NCBI GenBank assembly: GCA_964016885.1
Contig: OZ024740.1
Span: 286,440,001 to 286,504,000 of the forward strand
From: Eledone cirrhosa
Taxonomy: Eukaryota
Direction of reading: 5' to 3'
Length of the DNA stretch: 64,000 nt
Positions 1 through 12,600 of the stretch are shown in pieces. Made by a program: the position numbers and the translations under genes. The notes beneath the pieces are model-generated. The model made no database searches and was not told the DNA's origin. It worked only from the letters and a program-made list of their open reading frames with translations. Each line of letters begins with the position of its first letter. Within the stretch, counting starts at the first letter, position 1.

Positions 1-267
1 CTCGAGTGTCTTGCAACCAAACCAGACTTGCTGGAGAAAGTAATCACCAGTGATAAGTCACGAACCTTCAAGTACACATGGTAACCAAGCACTAGAGCTA
101 TCAAGAGGGCTATGATGACAGAGCTGCAGAGAATCCTTCCAGGAATGTATTGAGGTGTAACGGAGAAGGATTGGAAAGTGCTTTAGACTGAAGGGGAAAA
201 CTTGTAGTCTGTACATTGGATTAGAAATATTTTTTTGGCAACCCCAGTTTTTTTCTGACACAGCTCG
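1..267 (+). mobile_element. Tc1/mariner transposon 3' remnant (internally deleted)
   Basis: Frame 1 reads LECLATKPDLLEKVITSDKSRTFKY, resembling the mariner 'LLxRVITGDESW' region, followed by degenerate C-terminal transposase. Ends in TIR-like TTTTCTGACACAGCTCG followed by TA. Confidence 0.6.
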
Positions 268-323
268 TAAGCTCATATATATATATATATATATCTATAT
301 ATATATATATATATATATACATA

Positions 324-1055
324 AGTAGTGGATAAATGTATTCTTTTCAGGATGAATGATAAAAAGAATAATGCCAGAATTGTGATGTGGACAATGTTTA
401 TTTTTGCAATAGCAATATTCACTTGTTGGTACATCGAACATCAAATAATAAAATCGTGACAGAAATTATCACTACGTTAAGTTGCTGACTAGCTTCTTCG
501 AGCTAGCGTAAATGCACGTATCACAGAAAATGATATAGTAAAAGTTGTGTTGTATCTTACAGTAGTACAATATGACAGGGAGATGGAAGAATAGCTAAAG
601 CGTAGCAGTAAACAAATAAAACTTACTATGTGTGTGTGTGTGTGTCTATTCTTAGTATACATTATTCTCGAAGTAGTGGTCAAATTGTCGGGCTTATATG
701 AAATGTGAGAGCATAGTAAACAGGCTGGTTTTCGTGAAGAGAAATTTCAGTGTTAGCAGAACTTTCTTCTCTTGTCTGTGTTATCACTATGTCTGCTCCC
801 TCTCTCGAAGCCATTGTATTTATAATAACGCTATAGCTAGAAGGATGTGTATATGGATTGATTTACCAGTTTTTTCTTTGTGTTTCTTCTATCTACAAGC
901 TGGGGTCACAGGTCAAGTGTTATGTATGTTTATTATACTTGTTTCTTGACAGGACAATCGTGGGAAACTCCCAACAATAGGTGGTCCCAGAGGCGAGAAC
1001 TCTTAGATTCGGTTTCAAATCTCCGCCAGGTAAAACATAGGTGAATTCTGTTACA
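324..1055 (-). repeat. 3' LTR of the Gypsy element
   Basis: Near-identical to 4376-5088; starts TGTAAC on the minus strand directly after the PPT. Confidence 0.93.
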
Positions 1056-1058
1056 GTA

Positions 1059-1071
1059 CCCCCCCCCTTCT
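1059..1071 (-). other. Polypurine tract (PPT)
   Basis: Minus strand AGAAGGGGGGGGG, 3 nt upstream of the 3' LTR. Confidence 0.88.
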
Positions 1072-1329
1072 AGTGAGAAAGCTAAAGATAGATATGGCTT
1101 TATGTGCATTGTTGAAGAAAATGCAGAAAAAAGTACATGAAGTCATTTAAAAACAGGCGAAATGACATAAAATATGCAAAGCAAAACAAATTTACAGGCA
1201 GGAAAATGTACTGGAATGCTACATAAAATTAAAAATGTACATACAAAAAGTTTGTTAATCAAAAGTTCATTTATTTCATAGAAATGAAAAAAATGTTCTT
1301 TTGTTTGTTCATGTGTATGATGCACAGAT

Positions 1330-4275
1330 TCAATTAATATGTGCAGCGTTCATAACCACAAAAATTGATCGATTCGTTGAAGTGTACAAATTAGCCGAAA
1401 TGTCGGCCGGATGGAGAATTTGTACCCGAAAAACTTGAACATATTGAACTGTTCTTCCTGATTTGGCGTGTCGGGGTTGTGCAGAATTCATAGTGTTTGT
1501 GTCGGGTAAAGTTGTTGGTGAGTCTGTTGGAGAAACGGTGGGAACTGGTGGCATATCCTGTTCCATGAATATTCTTTTTAATCGGTCGATGGAGACAGTA
1601 TTTCGTTTGTTCATTATTTTATAGGGCCTGGAATACAGTGGATGAAGTTGAGACCGGATACCGTCATTTCGGACGAAAACATGTGTCCAAGAATTGATGT
1701 CCTTGGGTATATGTGAAGTGACGTGCTGTTGTCTAGGGGCTGAAGTGGACAAATGCGACATAGATGACCGTAAACAATGTACATATTTTGCCGTGTCTGG
1801 AAGTTCCTATGGCGAAACAGGGGCGATCATTTGCCCAGGTAAAGTAAGTGCCGTGCCATAAATCAGTTCAGTCGGAATATGTCCGATTCCCTCTTTAACA
1901 GTTGAACGAATACCAAGAAGAATGAGTAGGAGGTATTCGAACCAGTTAGCGGAATCTGTGTAAGCCTTGATGGCTGCTTTTAGCTGACAGTGAAAGCATT
2001 CAACCATGCCATTAGCTGCAGGGTGATAAGCTGTAGTACGGATACGTTTACTTCCTAGATGACGAGTCAGCTCGGTAAAGAGGTGAGAATCGAACTGATG
2101 TCCTCTGTCCATAGTGATGGTCGTGAGTGTGCCGAAACGCGAAACCCAGTGAAGCACTAGCGTTTTGGTGACAGTTTCCATGGAAATATCTGTCAGGGGA
2201 AAAGCTTCTGGCCAGTGAGAAAATCGGTCAACACAGGTGAGATGAGTGTAATTGTGAGAAGGAGGCAGAGGTCCAACGATGTTTATGTGCACGTGTTGGA
2301 AACGTGCATCAGGTGTTGCAAAAAATCCGATCGGAGATTTAATGTGCCGGTGAATTTTCACCTTTTGGCACGTGATACAGTTCCTAGCCCATTCACGGGT
2401 GTTCTTGTTGATACTGGGCCACACAAAGCGGGCAGTTATCAGATTTTGTGTGGCACGGATACGAGGATGTACCATAGAATGCAATGCTGAAAAAGCGTTG
2501 CGTCAATGTTTCTGGGGCACGTATGGGCGTTCATGGCCGGTGGAGACGTTGCACCAAATATAACCTGAAGTAGAGGGCAGCGGGCATTCTTGCAATTTCG
2601 AGGATGACTTCCAGAGCTGTAGCAGTAACTTGTCATCCTGTTGATTGATCAGCTGCAATCTGCTGGAGATCGATAGTGGCAGTGGTGTGGATTACGTTAA
2701 GCTCCATGCGTGACAGGGCATCAGCTGCTGAGTTGGTCGCACCTTTAATGTGCTGAATGTCAGTTGTTTACTGGGAAATGAAGTCTAGATGTCGGACTTC
2801 CCTGGGTGAGTGACGATCAAGCTTGGCGTTGAATGTGTACACTAGTGGTTTGTGGTCGGTGTATATAGAGAAAATACGACCTTCAAACATGTGTCGAAAA
2901 TGCTTGACAGCAAGGTATGTTGCCAATAATTCGTAACCGAACGTACTGAACTTAGTCTCGGTGGGTTTCAAACACTTGAAAAAAAAGGATACAGGTTGCC
3001 AAATACCATCAGAGAGTTGTTGAAGCACTCCTCCAACTCCGGAATTGGATGCATCAGCCAATACCCACATTGGGGCGTCAGGTTTGGGGAAACTCTGCAT
3101 TGTAGCCTCGGATAACTTCTTCTCCAATTCAGTGAAAGCGGCACATTCTTTTTTGCTGAGATTGATGTTCGCGTTTTTGCTTGTACGCTGTCGCAGCAAA
3201 TCTGTGAGCGGTTGGACTGTCTCTGCACAGTGAGGTATAAATCTTCGATAGAAGTTCACCGGGCCAAGAAATTCTTGCAGTTTGCAGAGAGATGTGGGTT
3301 GTGGAAAATCCATGATGGATTTAACTTTCTCCTGAAGTATGCCATCTTTATCTATGATGTGTCCAAGAAAATGAAGGGACGCAACTCAAAACTCACTCTT
3401 GCTGGGGTTGATGATGATATTGTAATCTCGCAAACGTTGGAATAACAGGTGCAGGTGCCTCTCATGTTCAGCATCGGAGCTGCTGGCCACCAGTAAGTCG
3501 TTGCATATACAAAAGGCAGCCCTCTGGAGACTGTATCAATGAACCGTTGGAACGTCTGTGCTGCGTTGCGTAAACCGAAAGGCATATGCAGGAATTTGAA
3601 CATTCCAAAGGGTGCTGTGACAGCAGTCTTCGGAATATCAGCAGGTTCCACAGGTATCTGATTATAAGCTTGCACTAGATAGATCTTCGAAAATGTGCGA
3701 GCTCCGTGCAGCGAGCTAGAGAAGTCCTATAGATGAGGCACTGGATATGAATCAGGCACGGTGCAGTTGTTCAGTGCTCGGTAGTCACCACAGATTCGCC
3801 AGTTCTTCAATGGAGGTGGACTCCCTGGTAGACAAGTAGAAGGCAAACGCTGGAGGAAGAGTTGTTTGAAAATTTCATCTGGGAGGGTATGTTCTCCCAG
3901 AAGCTGCTTCATTCGCCGTAGGAGTTGTGTTGGCTTTTTGTCTCCTAATTCTTCCGCTATAAGGAGCTGATGTAGGCACTTTTGCTGCGACTCCGACGTC
4001 CTCTTAATTAGTGTAGCTTTGAATGTGTCATATGACACAGAGCCGGGTGGTGCTAAAATCAGGACTCGGACAACGTTCATGATTTCAGGAGACATCAAAC
4101 CTATAATGTGAGTTAGACGAGCTGCCTCGCAAACAAGCCGGTTCGATGCGAACTGTGCTTCGATGTGCGCGGACCATAGTATTGGGTCATGCACCCAGAA
4201 TGGTGGTATTCTCAACGTGATTGCTGCCTGGACTGCCATTTCTGCAGTGGATGAATCGTCGTGCATTAGAGACAT
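1330..4275 (-). pseudogene. Disrupted gag-pol of the Gypsy element
   Basis: Gag-like LRIPPFWVHDPILW...LGDKKPTQLLRRM; RT WRICGDYRALN and MPFGLRNAAQTFQRFID; RNase H LADASNSGVGG and IYTDHKPL; integrase HP..RAT..C..C, VDRFS, TTAYHPAANGMVE and a GPY-like C-terminus. Several frameshifts and stops. Confidence 0.92.
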
Positions 4276-4362
4276 TGATGAGTCGTGAAGCTTGTGTAAT
4301 GCAGTGAAGAATGTGATTCACAAGCGTTGACAGTTGAAATGAAGTCTGCGTTGCTTTAGATT

Positions 4363-4372
4363 GGGGTCACCA
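4363..4372 (-). other. Primer binding site, tRNA-Trp type
   Basis: Minus strand TGGTGACCCC, 3 nt inside the 5' LTR, complementary to the 3' end of eukaryotic tRNA-Trp (...GGGGUCACCA). Confidence 0.8.
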
Positions 4373-4375
4373 TTA

Positions 4376-5088
4376 TGTAGTGCATAAATGTATTCTTTTC
4401 AGGATGAATGATAAAAAGAATAATGCCAGAATTGTGATGTGGACAATGTTTATTTTTGCAATAACAATATTCACTTGTTGGTACATCGAACATCAAATAA
4501 TAAAATCGTGACAGAAATTATCACTACGTTAAGTTGCTGACTAGCTTCTTCGAGCAAGCGTAAATGCACGTATCACAGAAAATGATATAGTAAAAGTTGT
4601 GTTGTATCTTACAGTAGTACAATATGACAGGGAGATGGAAGAAAAGATAAAGCGTAGCAGTAAACAAATGAAACTTACTATGTGTGTGTGTCTATTCTTA
4701 GTATACATTATTCTCGAAGTAGTGGTCAAATTGTCGGGCTTATATGAAATGTGAGAGCATAGTAAACAGGCTGGTTTTCGTGAAGAGAAATTTCACAGTG
4801 TTAGCAGAACTTTCTTCTCTTGTCTGTGTTATCACTATGTCTGCTCCCTCTCTCGAAGCCATTGTATTTATAATAATGCTATAGCTAGAAGGATGTGTAT
4901 ATGGGTTGATTTATCAGTTTCTTCTTTATGTGTTTCTTCTATCTACAAGCTGGGGTCTCAGGTCAAGTGTTATGTACGTTTATCATACTTGTTTCTAACA
5001 GGACAATCGTGGGAAACTCCCAATAATAGGTGGTCCCAGAGGCAAGAACTCTTAGATTCGGTTTCAAATATAGGCAAATTCTGTTACA
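4376..5088 (-). repeat. 5' LTR of the Gypsy element
   Basis: TG...CA-bounded direct repeat of 324-1055, differing by scattered substitutions and a few indels. Confidence 0.93.
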
Positions 5089-5237
5089 CATATATAAGAT
5101 AAGGGAGTTTTCACTTTTCATTGGTAAAATCAAACTTGAGGAGTGATTATACAACTATTAATGAAGAAGTAGTTTACTAAATATTTTGCTCAACATGTAT
5201 AATTATCCTGTGATATAATATTCCAGATGTTAATCCA

Positions 5238-5921
5238 CAAATTTGAAACTTTTTGAAGCTGATCTGGAAGATTTTCTGGCATGACTTGTAACCATGGACG
5301 AGACCACGGTCCATTGCTACCAACCTGACACAAAAGAGCAGTCTGAACAGTGGAAGCAGCCATCCTCACTTACACTGAAGAAGGCAAGGTCACACCATCA
5401 GCAGGAAAGGGCATGGCTACCGTTTTCTGGGATGCCCAAGGAGTGTTGTTGGTGTATTAACTCCAAAAGGGTCACACTATCACCAGACAATGCTATTCCA
5501 GCCTACTTAGATGTCGGTGCAAAAACATCAAGAAGAGACCAGATTGCTGATGAAAGAGGTCTTGTTCCATCAGTACAATGCTCTTGCCTACACCTCGGTG
5601 CTGGCAATAGCAACAATCCGTGAGTGTGGGTTCCAACTCGTCCCTCATCCATCATACTTGCCAGACCTCACACCCTCAGACTTCCACTTGTCCCCAAACA
5701 TGAAAAAGGATATGGCTGGACAACACTAAGTGGATGATGACATCATAGATGATGTGGACACCTACCTAGAGGACCAAACTAAAGAGTTCTACTTCAGCTA
5801 AATCCAGTCACTTCAGTATCAGTGGAAGAATTGTGTGGACTCAAAGGGAGATTATGTTAAAAAATAAAACAAAATACTTGTATATGTTACCATTTCTTGG
5901 AGGTTCAAAACTTTTCAGTCA

Positions 5922-5923
<2 letters not shown>
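5238..5923 (+). mobile_element. mariner transposase 3' half (pseudogene)
   Basis: LVTMDET..HCYQPDTKEQSEQW, FHQYNA and LVPHPSYLPDLTPSDFHL match the mariner DD34D motifs (YSPDLAPSD). Ends in a TIR-like sequence before a (TA)n run. Confidence 0.85.
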
Positions 5924-5975
<52 letters not shown>

Positions 5976-6440
5976 AAGATAAACAAGCCAAAAGGTAATA
6001 AGTATGTGTATTAATCTATAAATTGATACAGATTCTTATCTTATTCTCTTTCTCTTTTTAATTTGCTAGGTCTCGAGATAGGAACAGTGCCCATGCCATT
6101 CACAGGCCCTCCAAGATCAGAGAGAATGATGTTGTTAATGTTTCCTCTAAACTGTTACAAATTGACTCTTATAAGATTGACATGAACAGGAACAGAATTC
6201 CTGAAAGCTGATGTTTTGGGCAGGAAGGATTGGGTCTGGTCGATTGCATATTTGGAATCAAAACTGCCAGATTAGAATATTTGGGAAATGTTAACAGATA
6301 TGATTACGTGATGACTTTCCAATAGCAAATTATATATTCTGAATAGTTTTAGCTGAAACAGTATCACCTCAGCCAATATGGTAGGATGTTCTATTAATTC
6401 AAAACAATATTCTTTGTAAAATTAAACATTTTTCAAGTCT

Positions 6441-6446
6441 TTTATT
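6441..6446 (-). terminator. Candidate polyadenylation signal of NR2C2AP
   Basis: AATAAA on the minus strand ~35 nt downstream of the TGA stop. Confidence 0.45.
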
Positions 6447-6479
6447 CCAACTGTTAATTCAGCTTTTTGGACATTTCTA

Positions 6480-6608
6480 TCATTTTTCTGTTAGAGGAAC
6501 TCCAATTATATCCAGTTTGTATACAATAATTCGGCCATAGAAGTCTGTACTCGTGTTAAATACTATTTTAATTAGTTGTACTGGAGGTGATTCATTAAGT
6601 GGGAAAAT
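6480..6608 (-). CDS. NR2C2AP: NR2C2AP coding exon 4 (terminal)
   Basis: Preceded by TTCCCTTAAC...CAC (U12 branch site and AC acceptor); encodes IFPLNESPPVQLIKIVFNTSTDFYGRIIVYKLDIIGVPLTEK*. Confidence 0.92.
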   Translation of the reverse strand: MFPLNESPPVQLIKIVFNTSTDFYGRIIVYKLDIIGVPLTEK

Positions 6609-9600
6609 GTGTGCATGGTTAAGGGAAAATAAATTAGCTACATCATGAAATAAAGAAACAACTGAACAGTGTTAGATAAAATAATAAAGACAAAAGACCT
6701 TAACAATACAAATAAAGCGGATAGACTTAGCAACACTTGAAACTAACTAACATGCTCAATCTCAATGTGTAAGAGCTTGGGCAAATGTTTCTACCATAGT
6801 GTCAGTTTGATCAATGTCTTATGAGTGAAATTTGGTAGATGGAAACTGCATGTGTGCGGGTGTGTAGATATATGTGTGCCTCCAGCAACCACTTGATCAC
6901 CTATAGCTCAGGTGAGTATGCTAGTCAGATAGATTTTATCCTCACCAGACGAGATAGAGTGATAGTTGTAAACAAAATCTTTTCCTGGTGAAGAATGCAC
7001 CTTCCAACATAACCTAGTAGCTAACGACTTCATAGTTAAAGCTAGACGAACTTGGAGACAGAGGATAACCTGGAGAAGGATATGGAAGTTGAAGGAGCTG
7101 GTACACCAAAGACATACTAGTACATCTCTTACCTCCCACCTCTTATGTGCCAAAGACATTCCAGTACATCTTTTAAGCCTCCTCCCCCCACCCACCTTGT
7201 GTGTCAAAGATATACAGGTACAATTTAGTTTAGTTTGTGAAGCACAAGTCCAGACAAAGTAAGTAAAGTAAATTTGATTAAAATATTACATTTTTAACAA
7301 CTTTTTGAAAAATGTAAAAAGTGAATGTACAATCTGTCTAGAGCAGTAGGATATAAAATAAAGCAGTACTGCCACAAAAAAAAATATTTATATAATCATC
7401 ATTGTTTTTACATCCATTTCTCCACACTCACAGGGGTTGGACGGGTCCTTCTCAGCACATCTCTTCACTCACCGCATTTCTTCATCATCACCTCTGTGAG
7501 TCTCAGCGATTTGAGATCAGCCCTCACCACCTCTGCCCAGATCTTCCTTAGTCTACTTCTACTGAGGCTTCCTTCTGCTGGTATTTTCTGACACATCCTC
7601 AGCCAGCAATCATCATCCATGCACATCACATGTCCATACCAATGTAGTCTTCTCTCTTGCACACCACTTTGGATTCCACTTTAACCAACTTTCTCCCTCA
7701 GTTCATCCAAGCCCTGCCCTTTCTCTCACATATATGTTGCACATCCAATGAAGCATGGCTGCTTCCTTTCTCTCCAGACTACACATGTCCTCTGCAGTCA
7801 TTGCCCATGTTTCACTAGCATCACACTTCAAACACAGGTGTCATGCAGTCGTTCTTTTGTACGTAAGGAGAAACATTTTGTCGTCAACAGTGTGAGTAGC
7901 TCTCTAAACTTTTTCCATCCTATCCTTATTGTAGCTATTATGGTCTCAGAGCACCCCTTCCACTGCTAATTAAGTCACTTAGATAGCAGAAGCTATCAAC
8001 TACTTCTATGGACCCTTCTTATGACTGGAAAAAGTGAATGTCACTGACGTTCTTCCCCTCTATAAGTTGGACCTTCAAGATTGTCATCAGATATCTTAGA
8101 CAGTTTCAAGTGGTTTAATGTGGCTGAGTGTTCCACAGATGTGTACTTTTAATATAATTCCAAAGGAGATTTAGCATGACACATTGAGTGGCAATGCTAG
8201 CCTTCTGACAAGCTTTAAAGCAGCTTCCATCTACCAAATTTCACTCTTAAAGTTCAGATTGACCTGATGCTATGGTAAAAGATGCCACATAGTAGGACTG
8301 AACCTGAATCTTTATGATTATGAAGCAAACTTAACCATTCAGACATAAATTTCCAAATAGATCACTGTAAAAAGATTGAAAGAGAACATGAACTATCATA
8401 AACATTTTTTCACGCTCAGAGTTGCTGAAGCATGGAACAAACTACCTGCATCAGTTGTTAGCTGCCGAGACACTGCATCCTTTAAGGCCTTCATGCTTCC
8501 CTAGATTCGCCAACACTACACCTAATATTCCCCCTCCATACACATACACACATGTATACCATGACTCATACACTATTCACTTCCCTGACATTTGTGTATT
8601 ATTCTATGTACTATACATACACCTTTGACAAGTTGTAGTGCACCTGAGCACTTTACACAATAATTTCATTATTATTATTATTATTATTATAATATTTACC
8701 TGATTATTGAATTGTTATCAACAGAAGTAAAACTTCCTTACAAGTTTATAGTGGAAAGGATATTTGTAATGTTGAATTATCTTCTGGATAAAATTTGCAG
8801 AGATATTTTAATTCATTAGAATTAACTGACAGAGAAGTTTCTAACCAGCAATCTTTTCCAGCAAACCCACCTTGGAAACTGAGAGCAAGCTTATTAATCT
8901 GGGCCTGAATACCTAAATCAACAAGAATCCACTGTGGTGTTCCCTGACAAAATATAAAATACAACCATGTTGTGAGTAAATACAGTATATGAATCAAAAC
9001 AGTTTCATATCAATTTTTCCATGTAGACATAAAATACAACCATGTGGTGAGCAATTATCATATATGATATCAAAATAGTTTCATATAAAAAAATAAAATA
9101 AAATAAAATAAAATAATTGTTTCTACTTTTGGCACAAGGCCAGCAATTATTCCAGTGCATTACTGGTACTTTATTTTATCGACCCTGTAAGGATGAAAGG
9201 CAAAGTTAACCTCGGTGGGATTCGAACTCATAATAGCAAGGACTGTAATTCTATGCGTCCGACCCTCTACCGATACTGCCAATCCACAAATAATAATTGT
9301 TTCTACTTTTGGCACAAGGCCAGCAATTATCCCAGTACATTACTGGTACTTTATTTTATCGACCCCGTAAGGATGAAAGGCAAAGTTAACCTCGGCGGGA
9401 TTTGAACTCAGATCATAAAGGGACGTAACTATGCTAGAAAGCATGGCGTCCGACCCTCTACCGATACTGCCAATCCACCCAGGAAGAAAAATTTGTTTTT
9501 TTTCTTCTCCAAAGCCTTCCCTACCTTGAGAATGAATGGTTAAACAAAAAACTTTTGGGAATATTAAATTGCTAAGGTAGCTTTCAGTCATTCTTCTTTT

Positions 9601-12600
9601 CTTTTATTTTGCTTTCATTCTCAATTCCCTTCTGACTTATTACATTTGTAATCTAACCCACTGCACACCTTTCTATACAAACAGACTTTTCAGTTTCATA
9701 TTCCACAATTATTCAAGCAAACTATCACACCGTATTAAATTTCATATCAAGTTTTCCAAAATCAACATTTTTGTGGTTGAATATTTTGAAACAAAACAAG
9801 TTCCTATTCAGGGTTGGTGCTAACATTACTTCAGATAGGTGCATTACGGAATTTTAAAAGATCACGATTTTATGTAAACTTATATAACTAACTTAAATAT
9901 AGAGTGGCCAATGTTAACTTGTTTTTCTTTCTCTAAGGGTCTTCACTATTTTATAAGCTATTCTATAGCACCTCATCACATGAGCATACACTCTTTATAT
10001 TAAATATATAATAATTTCATGCAATCAATATATAGCTCAATAAATATATTTGCAGCATTGTGAAAATACCCAAAGCAGTAGAAAAAGTTGTATGATGTTA
10101 TAACCTGTTATATGATTTGGTGTGGGTGAGTGTGGACTGTGTAGTGGAAAATGCAGGCTTAGTAATTTTCTAAGTCAGAATGTTGTTTCATCTGTGCCCC
10201 AGAGACAAAATGGCAAAGGTATTGCTGTGGACAATGGTCAGCAATACACACTGCAACAGCCACCCCACCTCACAGGGCTCCTTTCTCAGACGGGCTGCTG
10301 TCATTCTGATGTTATGGAGGAGATTAGCTGTAAGGGGTCTGAGGACGCCTGGGGTCTTGATGGCGACCAGCACAAAGAGGAAGAGGTCAGACATTTATTT
10401 ATTGTCCCCTGAAAGTTGATCTTGGCAGGACTTGAACTCAAGAGTGCAGGGTGATAGAAATACTAAGGCATTTAATCTGAAGCTCAAACAACTCTGCCAA
10501 TCTGACACCTTAAATAACCACTCAAAAACATTCAAAATCTGTTACATTCATTTTTCATTTATTTCATCAAATATAAGGTGGCCATACTGGTAATATGAAG
10601 AATAAATATCTAGTCTAACCTGTCAGTTGGTCATTTTTGGTGCCACAATAAAAAACACCCAGTCCACATTGTATATGTGGTTGGCATTAGGAAGAGCACC
10701 CAACCAGAAACAGTTCTGTTTGAGCAAGACATGGTCACCTGATTTGGCTTGTCTCATAATGGGACATCTCATCTAACCCATGCTAGCATGGAAAATGGAC
10801 GTGAAATGGTGATGATGATGCACCAAATTTTCATTGCACCACTATGACTTGGTCACTAGATGAAGGAATGTGACAAACATTCTGACACCTCACAAAATAA
10901 ATGTTTTTAGATGGCCAAAATAGCTATTTCACAATGTAATTATACTCACAACACACTTTATAAAAAGCTCCAGCAACAAGCATTTTAATCCTTTCATGAC
11001 TACATGCCTAATGAAATACACTCTATTGAAGAATTTTAAGGGATATACTGAAATTATTAATTATTTCATTACTAAGATAGAACTTAACATATGGTTCTTA
11101 TATAAAATTACATTGAAAGATATTAATTTAAATAAGAATCCTTCATTAGGTGGCATTTGGCAGTATCGGTAGAGGGTAAGACGCCATGCTTTCCAGCATA
11201 GTTACGTCCCTTTATGATCTGAGTTCAAAGCCCGCCGAGGTTGACTTTGCCTTTCATCCTTACGGGGTCGATAAAATAAAGTACCAGTAATGTACTGGGA
11301 TAATTGCTGGCCTTGTGCCAAAAAGTAGAAACAATTATTTCATAGAACCAGAGTCAGTTTTGGACAGGCTGGTATCAAAAGTTCTAAGGCCATTTTCCCT
11401 GCCAAAGCAGAGATTAGTCTTGCAGGCCTCACAATATGCTTCTTATTCATTATGAGGTCTTTGTGGAGGTAATCATCATCAACGTTTTACGTCTGTTCTT
11501 CCACGCTAGCATGGGTTAGACGGGTTGTCCTGTTGTGGGCAGTGCCCGGTCGGCTGACCATGCCTTGCTCATACGGAAACCGATTCTGGCTTGATTTCTA
11601 CAGCTGGATGCCCTTCCTAACACCAACCACATTTACAGTGAGTGCTGGGTGCTTTTTTCCGCCTACACGTCCACTTTTTTCCGCCTACACGTCCACTTTT
11701 TTTGCCGTGGCACCTCCACGACCACTTTGCAGTGGGGGCATATTGTCTATATGCTTCAGCTTCGGCTTGTACCAATGGAGGGTTGGGTCTTCTGTATTAT
11801 TGCGTGACGCCAGAGGTCTTGGTCGTGTGTCGTCGCCTTTGAGAGGTGTAATTGGGTAAGGTTGGCTTTTATCACCTCATCCCAGGTCTTCTTGGGTCTC
11901 CCCACTCCGCGGTTTCCATTGACTTCTAGTGCTCTGCACCTTTTTATGCAGCTGTCATCCTTCATACGCATCACATGTCCATACCAACGCAATCGCCTCT
12001 CCTGCACACAGCATTTGATTCCTCTTATGCTCAGTCTCTCTCTCAATTCCTTTATGCTTTGCCGTTCGCGTATATTACTATTACACATCCATCGGAGCAT
12101 GCAAGCTTCGTTTCTTTCTAACCTATGCAAGTCTTCCACAGACAACGCCCAGGCCCCACTACCATGTAACATTTCTGTTCATATACATGCATCATACAGT
12201 CTGGCTTTCATTTTGAGGGAAAAGCCTTTTTCAGCTAGCAGTGACAGTAGCTCCCTGAACTTCTTCCATCCCGTTCTTACCCTAGTTATTGTACTTTCCG
12301 AACACCCACCTCCACTGCTAATTCAGTCACCTAGGTAGCAGAAGCTGTCTACTGTTTCTACAAAGCCCTCCCAGAGTTTGGTGGTACTTGTTTCCTGTGG
12401 CTGTTTGCTGCTTGCTGTCCCAGCACACCTGCTACATCTGAAGCCTACATTCTTAGTTAAGCTTCCTGAGATCCCGCTACATCTCTTGTGTACCCATTGT
12501 TTGCATTTGGGGCAGAGAATGGAGTTCCTACCTACACTTTTCCTACATACTGAGCAAGGCCATTTCCCTGAGGGGATCTGGGTTCTGTTTTCTCGTCTAC

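Larger units (their letters stand above)
324..5088 (-). mobile_element. Ty3/Gypsy LTR retrotransposon, complete provirus outline, coding region decayed
   Basis: Two ~720-bp direct repeats (324-1055 and 4376-5088). TG...CA termini on the minus strand, with the terminal base at 324 mutated. 4-bp TSD CATA at 320-323 and 5089-5092. PBS, PPT and gag-RT-RNaseH-integrase order are all present. Confidence 0.95.
6609..8763 (-). other. U12-type (minor spliceosome) AT-AC intron
   Basis: 5' end ATATCCTTT (8763-8755), branch site TTCCCTTAAC (6627-6618), 3' end CAC (AC at 6610-6609). Splicing here joins exons 3 and 4 in frame. Confidence 0.92.

Noticed and set aside
489-949. Short ORFs within the LTRs (also 4541-5154)
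   Set aside because: Chance ORFs duplicated only because the LTRs are duplicated; frames are not conserved between the two copies over their full length.
8746-8763. ISFPL-stop as the NR2C2AP C-terminus
   Set aside because: This is the U12 donor read-through; the conserved C-terminal TDF.GR exon lies at 6480-6608.
11149-11235. tRNA genes at the SINE heads
   Set aside because: A and B boxes are present but no cloverleaf; each is followed by a shared SINE body and tail.
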